A DNA stretch of 64,000 nucleotides from Patellaria atrata CBS 101060 (GCA_010093705.1 MU006099.1:434001-498000); one strand, 5' to 3'. Counted from the first letter of the stretch, positions 27,671 through 40,210 are shown. Notes: a model not told the origin generated them from the sequence alone. A program made the numbers and translations.

Positions 27671-30600
27671 ATGGCATCTGTCCCCTCACAGTCCGAAAGG
27701 TCGGGGAAATTGGCTAAATTTTTCAATCAAATTTTGCAGGGCCAGCGTACCGTTAAGACTTCCCGGGAGTCTAAGCAATTCTTCGAAGCAATATGTGATC
27801 AAAATGATCCTTCAAAGTGCTGTGAAAGGCTCTTTGCAAGTGTCCAAGCTCTGGAATCTCTCCGGGCAGCATTGAGATCGGACACGTCGTCAACCTTCAT
27901 CAATGAATCGATATCAGGTTTCATCCACTACATTTCCGATCCTGCTGTAAAGCAACTCTGCAGTGGCCAGGTATTACAGCGGCTACTACAAGTTCTTTTG
28001 GATCCACCAACCCTATGGATAGCTCTAGTGCAATCTTATACCAACCGGACAATGACGGACAGAACTATGCAGGGATTTTCCTGGATCCTTCTGGAAATTC
28101 TCTTATCTCCAGGACATTTTGATATCGATATTTTAGATATTGCAAAGCGTGTAGTAACAGTCGAACTTGTTCAACCATCGACCACAGAGCTTCGAACTGT
28201 GTTATACAAATTACAACATGTACTTTCATTACAGTCTGTCGCCACTACGGTTAAACTTGAGAATGGCCCTGGTGGTCGTCACGACAATGATTTTGAGGAT
28301 TTCAGGCGAATTGCTATCTATCCAACAGCAGACGAATTCCGTTCCACTGAAACGCCGTTTTATCGCTCTGCCGATATGGTCCAAGAAACCAGTGAAGATG
28401 AACGCGCAGCAGTACATATTGACAACCAATTTCGATTACTAAGAGAGGATATGCTCGCGGAGCTCCGAGATGACCACCAACGAGCTTTGAAGAGCAAGGG
28501 TGCGAGAAGATCAGCCTTCTTCATCCCGAACTTAGCAGGAGCACATTTAATTTATGGAGATCCGAAGCAACAACGTCAAGCAGCAATATCATTTTACTGT
28601 ACAACCGGCCTGGAACAGTTCAAAGGGCTTGACCAGAGTCGTAGGAAATCTTTCCTTACTGAGAATCGGAATTTTCTAAAACACCAGTCATTTGGATGTC
28701 TAATCCAAGGAAGTGACATCATATCTTTCGCCACGGTTGAACGCGATATTGACTCTCTTCTGAAAGACCCTCCAATGATCGTATTACAGGTCTGTGGAGA
28801 CAAGGCGTTCGAGAAGACTTTATCAGCCCTAAAATCTGGCGGATCTCTAAGTTTCCTATCGGTGGATACCCCTTTCTTCGCATATGAACCGGTTTTGAAA
28901 TGCTTGCAGACCAAGCCTACACTGGCTTTGGCCGACGAGTTGATCAATTATAATGCAGAAGCGCCCGTTCACCATAGTAGACTAATCGACAATATCTTCG
29001 TTCAAAAAGTAGGAGAGAGTGTGGGTCGAGATCTTAAACCTTTGCTACAAACTGCAAAGTCCATCAAGCTTGACGAGTCACAAACCGAATCTCTCAAAGC
29101 GGGCCTCAGCCTTCCAGTGAGCCTAATACAAGGGCCGCCAGGTAAGCTATTTCTATCAATCGATAATTGAAAAGGAATTTACTATTCATAGGGACGGGGA
29201 AATCCTTTATCGGGGCATTGCTGGCAAAATCTTTCTATGACCTGACAAAAGAAATTATTCTAGTCGTTTGCTACACTAATCATGCCCTCGACCAATTCCT
29301 AGAGGACTTTTTAGATATTGGGGTACCGGAACATGCAATCGTACGTCTGGGCTCGAAGTCTACACCGAAGACCGCCAATTTGAATTTATTTGGGCAGAAA
29401 AGTACCTATAAACATGGTCGAGCTGATTGGGCGGCCATTGATCAATTGAGAGCTGAAGCTAACGAGCTACGAGTACAGCTAGACAATAAGTTTAATGATT
29501 ACTTGAGACTCCGTTTCGATCATAAAACTCTGATGGATCTATTAGAGTTTTCTGAACATGATGATGTATTTATGGATGCATTGACTACACCAGTTTCTGC
29601 AGATGGAATGGTAAAAGTTGGGCGTAAGGGAAAGACTGTGGGACCAGACTATTTGTTCAACCAATGGTCGAATGGACATGGTCCTGGTGTCTTCGTTAAT
29701 TCTATTTCCCCTACTCATCGAGATGTATGGACTATGACCCCGGAAGCACGAGCAGCAAAAATCAGCAGCTGGAAAGCAAGTCTTGTACAAGAGCGCATAG
29801 ACGTCATTGCATCGCTTTATCGTCGGTACAACACGGTTCAGGCCAAAGCAAGTGAGATATGGAACCAACGCAATGTAGAGATCCTGAAAACGAAACGGAT
29901 TATCGGTTGTACTACAACTGCGGCAGCGAAGTATGCTGAAGACATTCAACATGCATCTCCGGGGATCGTTTTGGTGGAAGAAGCTGGAGAGATTTTGGAG
30001 TCCCACATTTTGACTGCTTTGTCGTCAAAGACAAAGCAGCTGGTATTAATCGGAGATCATAAACAACTGCGCCCGAAAATCAACAATTATGCTCTTACGG
30101 TCGAAAAAGGAGACGGCTTTGATCTTAACCGCTCATTATTTGAAAGGTTGATATTGGCTGGATACCCCCACACAACACTCATGAAGCAACATCGCATGTC
30201 TCCTGAAATTTCATCTCTGATACGACATTTGACATATCCCGATCTTAAAGATGCACCAACGACAATGAATCGGCCTCCGGTGCGTGGTCTCCAGGACAGA
30301 GTTGTCTTTTTCAACCACAATCATCCAGAGGACAATATGGCAAACCTTAACGACCGTCGAGATGAGGGAGCAAAAGTTAGCAAACGAAACCATTTCGAAG
30401 GAAACATGGTTCTCAAGTGCGTACGATACTTAGCACAACAAGGTTATGGGACTGATAAATTGGTCGTTCTGACACCGTATTTGGGACAACTACATCTCTT
30501 GCGTGATTTACTCAGCAAAGAGAATGATCCCGTCCTTAACGATCTCGACTCACATGACTTGATTAAGGCGGGTCTCCTTTCCCAGTCTAGTGCTTATTTG

Positions 30601-33600
30601 ACGAAACGTCCGATAAAAATCTCGACCATAGGTAATTTTGATGCTAAAGGATACAAACAAGTATGCTAACTATTATAGACAATTATCAGGGCGAGGAGAG
30701 TGATATAGTGTTAGTATCACTTACACGTTGTAACGAATCGGGCGATATTGGCTTTATGAAAGCACCAGAAAGACTGAATGTTCTTTTATCCCGCGCACGT
30801 AACGGAATGATACTTCTAGGTAGTGCAGATACATTCATGAAAGCCCATAAAGGCCGAACCCCTTGGGTCTCATTCATACAGTTTATGCGGGAGCACAAGC
30901 ATATGTACGACGGATTACCAGTATTATGCATGCAACATCCGGATAGAAAGTCCATCATTCAATCTACGGAGGACTTTGACCAGAAATGTCCCGACGGCGG
31001 TTGCTTTGAACCATGGTATGTTGTTCTTAAACCTCATTGCTGCTCAATACTGATGTATTTCCTCAAGTGGAACAAAACTCAATTGTGGTCTCCACGACTG
31101 TCCTTCCAAGTGCCATCAACTTGCAGATCATTCAAAAATGAACTGCGAATTCATCGTGGAAACGACTTGCCCGAAGAAACATCGCATTCGCGTCAGATGC
31201 CACATTAAGGATCGGACGTGTCGAAAGTGTGAGCATGAAGAAAGACAAAAAGAGCGTAAAAAACAACGAGACCTTAAACTAGACATGGAACGAGACGCGA
31301 AGCAAGCTGCATACATGCAAAAACTCGCCGAAGTGCAAGACGAAATCGATTTTGAAAGACGTAAGCTGCAAAATAAATCCGAAGAGGAGCAGCGTCAACA
31401 AGCTCTTCATCAGCGCCAAAGAGACCTCGCGGACATAAAGGCTATAACAAAGGACATTGGAGAGATCAAACTGAGTGATGGGTGTCAATTTCCCCAAATG
31501 CCAGATTTACGGGACCCCGTTGAAAATTCCGGAAACTCATCTCAACCTGACCAGCAAACAGCAGACACGAGCTCTGTAGTACAGCCATCATCTTCAACCG
31601 CGTCTAAAGAGTGGCTGTACCAGAAAGAGTTTGAAGGAGCAAGCAATGAGGCTCTGGATGATCTCATGAAAATGATCGGACTGGAAGATGTCAAAGAGAA
31701 GTTCCTATCCATCAAATCCAAGGTTGACACTGCTCTCAGGCAGAACATCAACCTCAAAGATGAACGCTTCGGCGCTGCATTGTTGGGTAACCCAGGGACA
31801 GGTATGCAGAATCAGTCATTCTACTCTCAACCTCTATTAAATTTGTATACTAACATGATAATAGGGAAAACCACTGTTGCACGTTTATATGCAAGGTTCC
31901 TTACCAGTGTGGGTGCTTTGCCAGGAAATTTCTTCGTAGAAACGTCAGGTTCAAAACTTGCGAATGAGGGCGTGTCAGGATGTAAAAAGCACCTTGAAGA
32001 TATTCTGAATAATGGCGGAGGTGCGCTTTTCATAGATGAGGCATATCAACTAGCATCTGGAACAAATTACGGTGGCGCCTCCGTGCTTGATTTTCTCCTG
32101 ACTGAGGTCGAAAATACAACAGGGAAGGTTGTTTTCATTCTCGCTGGCTACAACAAGAATATGGAAGCCTTTTTCGCACACAATCCCGGAATACCCAGCC
32201 GATTTCCGCATGAGCTACAATTCAAGGACTACGAGGATGATGAACTACTACGCATCCTTGCTCATAGCATTGATAAGAAGTATAGTAGCCGGATGAAAAT
32301 CGAAGACGGTATGGGTGGACTATACTCACGTATCGTTGCTCGGCGTATCGGTCGCGGCCATGGGAAAGAAGGTTTCGGTAACGCTCGCGCCGTAGAGAAC
32401 GCTCGTGCGCAGATCGCCGGAAGGCAAGCAAAGAGGCTCCAAGAACAACGTAGAGCGAAAATGCAGGTTGACGACATGTTACTTACCAAAGAAGACCTAC
32501 TTGGGCCTGAGCCCGCTGCAGCGCTCAAGAACTGCCGTGCTTGGAATCAACTCCAACAGCTTATTGGTTTGAAAGCGGTAAAACAGTCTGTACAGGCTTT
32601 ATTCGACAGCATACAATATAACTACTGTCGAGAACTCGAGGAGAAGCCTCTTGTCGAATACTCTCTTAACCGCGTCTTTCTCGGTTCTCCGGGTACCGGC
32701 AAAACCTCCGTTGCGAAGCTGTATGGTCAGATACTAGCTGACATTGGACTTCTCTCGAAAGGTGAGGTTGTAGTCAAGAACCCATCAGACTTTGTTGGCA
32801 GTGTCCTTGGGGAATCGGAGAAAAATACCAAGGGCATTCTAGCTTCCACAATCGGCAAAGTTTTGGTCATAGACGAGGCCTATGGCCTATTCAGCGCACA
32901 GGGCGAGGGCAGAAGTCAACAAGATCCATACAAGACCGCCGTAATTGACACAATTGTCGCTGAGGTCCAGAGCACTCCTGGTGATGATAGATGTGTTCTA
33001 CTGCTTGGTTACAAGGATCAAATGGAGGAGATGTTCCAGAAGGTAAATCCAGGCCTCACCAGACGGTTCCCTCTTGATGCTGCATTCGTCTTTGAAGATT
33101 TCTCAGATGAAGAACTTCGCAAAATCTTCGATCTCAAAATCAAGGGTCAAGGATTCGATGCAACCGATCAAGGGAAAAAGGTCGCCATGGAGATGCTCAA
33201 GCGCGCTCACAACCGACCGCACTTTGGGAATGCGGGTGAGGTTGACATACTGTTGAACGCGGCAAAATCACGCCATCAGCAACGACTATCCACCGGAAAG
33301 ACAAAAAAACAAGCAACATTAGAAGCCCATGATTTTGATGAAGACTTTGATCGCGGACAACGTGCAGAGACTAATATCAAGCTCCTTTTCGAAGGCGTTG
33401 TGGGCTGTGAGGACATTATCGCTCAGCTAGAACGGTATCAACAAACGGGAAAGAATTTGAAGCTGTTAGACATAGATCCACGGGAACAAATCCCCTTCAA
33501 CTTCCTCTTCCGCGGCCCTCCTGGTAAGCCCGTCATCTTCTCTTTGGATAAGGTGTGTGCATACTAAAAACTTCGGTAGGAACGGGTAAAACAACCACTG

Positions 33601-34931
33601 CAAAGAAAATGGGCAAAATTTACTACGACATGGGATTCCTTGCAACTGCAGAAGTCATCGAATGCTCTGCCACAGAACTTGTGGGCCAATATGTGGGATC
33701 AACAGGCCCAAAAACTCAAAAGTTACTCGAAAAGGCTCTTGGAAAAGTTCTCTTCGTGGACGAAGCCTACCGCCTTGCTGAAGGTCAATTTGCGAAAGAA
33801 GCCATGGATGAGATTGTCGACTGTCTCACCAAGCCCAAATTCGCACAGAAGTTGGTCATGATTCTCGCGGGCTATGATGCACAGATCAACCACCTCATGA
33901 CCATAAATCCGGGTCTGACGAGTAGATTTCCTGAGGCAGTGGTGTTCAGACCTTTGCAGCCAGACGAGTGCATTACCTTGCTGGTCGGATTGCTTCGGAA
34001 ACGCAAAACGCACCTGGAGAAAAGTGGAAAGTGTTTGGATATGTCTGTGCTGGAGAAACCAACCGGGTCCTTCAGAAACGACCTACACGCTCATTTTCAG
34101 GCCTTGACTGCGCTGCAGGACTGGGCCAATGCTCGAGACGTACAGACAATCTATAAATCGATATTTAACAAACTCGTGAACAGCGCTACAAGGGTGAAAG
34201 GGGTTCCGACGTTGGCCCTCACAAGCTCCACCGTACTCACCGAAGTCTCTTCCATCCTTTCAGAACGCAGTCACAGGGGCAATAACGCGTCATCCTTTCC
34301 TCCCCCCAATAATTTCAGTCCGCAAGCACAAACAGCTACTCGGACCCTAGACCCTCAACCACTCCCTCCATCGAGCCACGCAACGAGCTTCACCCTGCAA
34401 AACCAACGCAACGACCCTCCCCCGCCACAAGAAACTCCTCAGCAGAACCAACAACCGGAACCCCAGGACCCCCGTGACCACAGCGTCTCAGACGCCAAAT
34501 GGGCACAACTGCAACAAGACAAAGCCGCCGCCTCAGCCCGCGAGCACGACTTCGCCGACCTTCTCGCCAAGGAACGCGACGTCCTCTCCTTCAAAGCTAA
34601 AATCGACGCAGAAGAAGCAGCGGCAGAAGCCGCCGCACAAACGGCCCTCAAACGCGCTTTCGACGAGCGAGCCATCGACGAGGCGAAACGGCGGCATGAG
34701 CAGGAACGTCTCAAATGGCTGAAGATAAGGGAGGTGTATGAGGCGGAGGTCGAGGAGCTGAAGAGGAGGAAGGAGGAGGAGATGCGCAGGAGGGAGAGGG
34801 AGGAGAGAGCCCAGAGACGGTTGAGGGATTTGGGGATTTGTCCGGCGGGGTTTAGGTGGGTTAAGCAGGCGGGGGGGTATAGGTGTTCGGCTGGGGGGCA
34901 TTTTGTTGATGATGCCGCTTTGGGGTTGTAG
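27671..34931 (+). CDS. ZNFX1/Hrr1/SAD-3-like SF1 (Upf1-type) helicase + NF-X1-type Zn finger + coiled coil + three CbbX/SpoVK-type AAA+ modules + C-terminal CPxG..CxxGGH Zn-ribbon-like motif; 2330 aa. Exons 27671-29141, 29192-30631, 30679-31015, 31068-31801, 31865-33523, 33580-34931
   Basis: Five GT-AG introns join five ORFs into 6993 nt in frame. Helicase motifs GGRHDND, IQGPPGTGKS, CYTNHALDQF, VEEAGE, LIGDHKQLRP, SLFERL, QHRM, LTPYLGQ, DNYQGEESD, RLNVLLSRAR. AAA motifs GNPGTGKT/FIDEAY/SRF/GNAR, GSPGTGKT/IDEAY/RRF/GNAG, GPPGTGKT/FVDEAY/SRF/ANAR. Confidence 0.93.
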
Positions 34932-35802
34932 GGTGTTGTGATGTCGGGGAAAGAAGGGGTCTGTTAAGGTGGTAACTGTACTGTTATACTTTGTATTTGT
35001 TGTTGATATCTTGTGATACAAATATAATACGATTTATATCCCCCTTGCTATTATATGCTTTCTGATAGTGTAGATATTTTGTATAGGAGGTTGAGGTTTG
35101 CTATTGTCAAGGTTGATACTGGGTATAAGTGGGTTTTGCAGTGAATTTGTACAAGGATAAATAGATGGTTGGAGGTAAGGGGGGTAGAGTGAAGAATAGG
35201 GATAGCTTGGCCTTGGACATGAAGAGGCAAGTTGTGTTTGCTGGATTTTAAGATTGGAGATTCTCGAAGGCTTATATACCTCGCTTTTGTTTCTTTCCTT
35301 CTTAGTTGGCGGCTTAGATGGGAGTTCAACCTGTTGTATCCAAGTCTAATAGCTCCGGACTCCTGTTGAAGCAGTTGGATTATGACCAAATTAAAGATTT
35401 AGTACTATTTCCTCAACACGGTTAAAGGTAGTATGCACTATGCCGGATAATACTTCATTACTAATGTGATTTGTGATAGGCAAGCCGCTTTATGCTGCGT
35501 AAAGAAAGATATCTGGACACTGATATTAATAAAAGTCCCTATATAGGCATAATCTTCGCATTAACGGCACTGAAGTGGTCTAGAGCAATGGTAAGCGCTG
35601 GTTACAGTGAATGTACGTAATCACGGGGAGGAAAGAGAACAGTGTAACTCATGAGTGGTGAAAATATATTCAGTTAGGTAACATGATGTGTTATTGGGAA
35701 GTCTTCGAAAAGTGGATAGACAGATATTCTTATTCACCTCCTTAACTCTAATCCAAATCAAAGAGTGTTTGGTAAGCTTTTCAGTTCAGCGCCCGGAAAG
35801 TA

Positions 35803-36600
35803 CTACTGTGGCTTGACATAGTCAATACCTTCAATACCACGATATGCAGATTTTGTTAACTGGTCATGGATCTCCTGAGCGTAGGCGATGCTTTCCGTAG
35901 TGACTTTGCCTATGAGTTCTAGCTCGCCACCGTAGAATACGTGAACAGATCCGGTCATATGTATTGCAGATGACTCAAAGTTAATCGCCTTCTGAGAGTT
36001 TAACAAGTCATACTCCAGTGCACGGTAATTCGAGATGTTCTTGAAGTCTTTGTTATCAGCCTTCTTGAGCTGCATATATTCGTGCCTGACTTGTTCAGGC
36101 TTGACGTTGAGCCCCCTGTTTGTGAAACTGTAGAAGGGAACGCAGGCCATATGATCAGCAAATTTGGCAATGACCAACATATACCTATATTTGACACAGA
36201 GTGCACCCAAATCGCAGTCTAGCAGCTCCTCATCATCATTCAAGAATGTAGGATCCTGAAGGTTCTTGCAATCAACGGATGGTATTGCGTGTGCAGTGTT
36301 GATGATCATGCCTAACTTGATATTCTCATATCTATAGCCGGATGGCTTTGACCTAGCCACGTAGTAAGATGGTCGACCATTCAGCTCTCTAACACTGGTC
36401 TTAGTTGTGAATACGGATTTACGATCCCGAATATCCAACTTACTTAATGCTTGAGACACATCCTGCGTCTGCACAGTGTCAGGTTTCCTCCAGTTGTTAC
36501 TTGTGCGCATAGCCGCCTGTTTTCTGCTATCCACGTTATTTGGGGGAACCTTCTGCCATGTTGACCTCCCTCCTAGGGTGCTGTATTTAGATTGACTCAT
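35803..36600 (-). CDS. DUF6590-like protein (265 aa) with MazF/PemK-like motifs and a low-complexity N-terminus
   Basis: GMIINTAH..KYRYMLVIAKFADHMACVPFYSFTNRGL..EYMQL..SAIHMT..IGKVTTESI pattern; single-exon ATG ORF. Confidence 0.75.
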   Translation of the reverse strand: MSQSKYSTLGGRSTWQKVPPNNVDSRKQAAMRTSNNWRKPDTVQTQDVSQALSKLDIRDRKSVFTTKTSVRELNGRPSYYVARSKPSGYRYENIKLGMIINTAHAIPSVDCKNLQDPTFLNDDEELLDCDLGALCVKYRYMLVIAKFADHMACVPFYSFTNRGLNVKPEQVRHEYMQLKKADNKDFKNISNYRALEYDLLNSQKAINFESSAIHMTGSVHVFYGGELELIGKVTTESIAYAQEIHDQLTKSAYRGIEGIDYVKPQ

Positions 36601-37071
36601 TCTCCAAGATCGTGGATGGTAGGTGTAAGGTACGTGTTGTGTTTGTGTTGTCGGATTAAGGTAGTGTCCAATATAGAGTTCTAAATCTCAGAATGTACTC
36701 TATGCAGCGTTTGTGGATGAACTGTCTTGGTGTATCTATGGCGCAGGACTGGACAATTATATATTTCTTCTATGTCCATGGAAACCAACTGCATAGTTAA
36801 GCAACAATTCGCAAAATTTGGTCTAGAATAGTAAGTATTGTGCGCCATATAGTCGATATTGGATGTGGTCACGTCACAACGTCTGGCTTTATGGGATCTG
36901 TTACAATGTCGAAACAATGGGAGAACCCTTCTACTGGCTCCAAACGGACTAACAAGCTTTGTTAAAACGAGACGAGAGCATTGTGTTTGACTGGTAAAAC
37001 GGTATTTAAGTTAAGGAATACTTGAAATAAGGAAGGAAAACTTGATACATATAGCTCAACAAAAACTCAAA

Positions 37072-38499
37072 ATGAATCCAACACTCGCAACACTCACAAC
37101 AATGTCGAATATTTTCACTTGGTTTCTGCCACAATGCGTACTCATACGGCATAAAACCAATGGTCATATTCATATTGGCGGAACAGACGATGCGGAAGGG
37201 GACAAGGATAGCGTGCAATTGGGTTGCACCAACGGCGAAACTAGAGTTGTAGCCGTTAAAGATGGATTGAAAGGTTGCGCCGCAGTCTTGATTTCTGTCT
37301 CTTTATCCGAAAAGATTGGGTTAGTGGCACAGTATGATCGGACAGTAGCAAAGTTAAAGGCCAAGATCGAAAAGCTAGATGAACGCCGTACAAAAGTTTC
37401 AAACGAGATCGACGAATATGAACTTCGTAGGATGGAGTTGGTCGTCAAACTCTATCAGGAATTTGATGCTGACCTGAAATGGGAACTCGATGCTATAGAC
37501 CATGATCTAAGGCCCCGGATGCGTTCACATCACGCAATAACCGTAAAGAAAGAAGAATGCACCACGGAGATAGAGAAGATCCAACAAGTACAAGGTGAGC
37601 TTCGGACAGAGATTACAGATATCCTCGGGAAGGTTATGGTCAATCGTCAAGTAATGAAGCCACTTCAACCTGCCTCCTCTGTTGGATCATTAGATCTGGC
37701 CTCGATATGCAGCTCTGAGCGAAGTTCAATCATCTTTAGCCCCGAAGAATCGAATAACCGCGGCGAAGCATCAGAGTCTCCTCAAGATAGGGATGACGAG
37801 AAACTCTCGCCTGAACAAATCGAGAGTGAACAAGCTTCAAAACAGTTCCAAATCGAGACGCTACGCGATCTTAACGAAGCTCGTCACGACACTATCGAAC
37901 TGAGAAAAGCTTTCGAGGAAAAGGAAGAGGAATACAATTCGGAACTTGCGGTTTATGAGAACATGTTAGCTCAAGGAGAAGACGTGCCATCTCGCGAAGA
38001 TTTCGATATATTCTTTTTGCAGAGAAATATGGAGATCACGAGATTGCTAGTGAAAGCAGAAAAAGACCTCGAGGCTGCGAAAGAACGTTATGAAGAAGCA
38101 TGGGGATTTCATCCGGACGCTCGTTACCATCCCAACAATCAGGACGATGGGTGGGACTATCCATTGAGCTTGGAGGAAATAGCAGAGACTATTGTAGACA
38201 GAGCTTCTATCAAGGCTTGGTTGAGCGGCCTGCCTGATATCGAGGTGACCCAAATGGAAGATGCAGACAAGGAGGAAGAAAGCAAATTCGATCAATCTTC
38301 CGACTCATGGGAAGCAAAGAGTGTAGCAATAAGCGATGCTATTAGTGCCCATGCATATGATGAATTCGAACGTAGATGCATTGATCGTTGGATGGCTGTC
38401 AAGACAGCTCAGTTGGAAAAAGCTCCAACTAAGCAGATGCCGGATTGGGAGTATCTCAAGGCAAGGGCGACCGAAGACCTTGAAGTACTTTTCGCATAG
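37072..38499 (+). CDS. Acidic coiled-coil protein of unknown function (~475 aa)
   Basis: Long intact ORF (first ATG at 37072; the track's 37042 start is TTG). Heptad-rich E/K segments; C-terminal WEAKSVAISD..IDRW..PDW motif shared with the pseudogene at 15.1-15.8 kb. Confidence 0.8.
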   Translation: MNPTLATLTTMSNIFTWFLPQCVLIRHKTNGHIHIGGTDDAEGDKDSVQLGCTNGETRVVAVKDGLKGCAAVLISVSLSEKIGLVAQYDRTVAKLKAKIEKLDERRTKVSNEIDEYELRRMELVVKLYQEFDADLKWELDAIDHDLRPRMRSHHAITVKKEECTTEIEKIQQVQGELRTEITDILGKVMVNRQVMKPLQPASSVGSLDLASICSSERSSIIFSPEESNNRGEASESPQDRDDEKLSPEQIESEQASKQFQIETLRDLNEARHDTIELRKAFEEKEEEYNSELAVYENMLAQGEDVPSREDFDIFFLQRNMEITRLLVKAEKDLEAAKERYEEAWGFHPDARYHPNNQDDGWDYPLSLEEIAETIVDRASIKAWLSGLPDIEVTQMEDADKEEESKFDQSSDSWEAKSVAISDAISAHAYDEFERRCIDRWMAVKTAQLEKAPTKQMPDWEYLKARATEDLEVLFA

Positions 38500-39133
38500 G
38501 ACTAATCCTCTTCGAATTTCAGTAGTAATAGCGCCCCGTATTATTAAATTTTTCCTTTCCGAATATCGTATCCGCTGATGAAATTTGCCGTTGTTGAGAA
38601 ATAACGTGAAACTGCGATAATGTGATGGCCTGGAATCGAGTTATCCCATCCTTCACCCAAAGGAATAATTGCGTTGGGTTTGACCTTTCAGTTCACAACA
38701 AATGCAATACAATGTAGCAGGTGGGACTAAAGACAAGTTAGTCAATAATTAGACTCTTTGAGCGAGTAGTACCGTGAGTAGTACCCAACATCGAGCCATA
38801 ATTGATGCAAAGTATATTATGGTCAGGAAAGACTCATACCAGTCATCGAGAATGACTTTGCGAAGAGCATCGTGATTTATCTCGTCATAACGATCAGAAG
38901 GACTGTGAGAGCAAGATCTACCACCAGAATACGGTCATAGACTGAGAAGGGTCTCCCATATAGGGACCGTAAAGACTCCTTCAACACTCTACTTACCTGC
39001 TTCACAAAGCGAACCAACCAACAACCACAATTTCCTCAAAGTATTCCTTTAAACCCGCTTTAGTAACGTAACTCAAAAACTCATAACCCACCATTACATC
39101 TCTCCTCATTGTTCAAGAACCTCATCGCTCGAA

Positions 39134-39408
39134 ATGGGACGCGGAGGGCCGCATCGTCTACCGGATTGCGATGAGGACAACGTGATCAAAAAAGCAAAAT
39201 GGTAACGCAGACACCTCGACACGCTCCCTGAGAGTGACTAGCACTAATTCTTCTAACCAGCGATCTAACCTACCAGGAGGAACAAGCGCGGAAAGATAAT
39301 GTCAAAACTGCAAATGGAGCTCATCCGATAGGAAGCAAAAAGGCTAAAGGCGTCGATTTGCGTTTACCAGAGGATGTAAAGGACCGCCGGTATAGCGGGT
39401 CAAAGTAA
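39134..39408 (+). CDS. Candidate 71-aa spliced microprotein (MGRGGPHRLPDCDEDNVIKKAKCDLTYQEEQARK...). Exons 39134-39201 and 39261-39408
   Basis: GAAATGG start context; intron gtaacg..ctaat/ctaac..cag (39202-39260) keeps the frame open to TAA; C/A-rich leader upstream. Confidence 0.5.
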
Positions 39409-40210
39409 CCGCTATTATAATATGTATATGGTGAGGGGAAGAATATCAATACCATCGACATCTGAAATGAGTTATCCTTCTCAAACCAATGTATTATACA
39501 CTAAAAAATGAGATGTAGACATATTCGGAACCTCCAGAGAATTGGAGATGATGTTTCGACTTACAGCGCTGGTCCTTTGTTGTCATTGCTCGAGAGTGAA
39601 AGAGTTTGGCTTTCTCGTCTTTGTCCTCGTTCTTGCTAGGTGACATTCCTTATACATCCCTAATGGAGCCTAGGGTCAAGACGTCCAATATGTACGTGTG
39701 AGAAGGTGGTAGCATTTTGTTACTGTTATCTACGGTGGGTTCCACGGAAAGTCGTCGTTCGAGATTGTCTCCCAAGGCTTTCACTACTATACTGTCGTAA
39801 GATGAGAAGTCGATTCAGATGTTAGTTGCAAACAAAGATGATAGAATGCTAAGAGCAATGATCAACCTCATTGCTCTTCTTCCGGCATGGTGGAGGAAAA
39901 TGAAGGCTAAGATTATCACATACACACTACACAATCGAACTAAAAGCATGTTAGAACCCCAGTTGCATTTTCCCTAGCATCCAAGTTCGGAATAGAAGTT
40001 TTGCTATGCAGCGTCAGGTCTGCATAACTATGTAGAAAAGTTGTTTCGCTAATAAATCAGACATAGGGAGTACTGTTACTGAGGACCGTGTGGTGAGCTA
40101 CCATGGACTACATAGGTCTTACGATGAACCTGTGTAACAAGGTGCATCCCCTGAACGGAAGTTTCATCAACAGGCGAGTCTCGGAGGGGCGAGTTCTGAA
40201 CGGTAATCAG

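Noticed and set aside
27671..34931. Five separate genes or a frameshifted pseudogene, as the ORF track suggests
   Set aside because: Canonical introns join all fragments into one in-frame CDS
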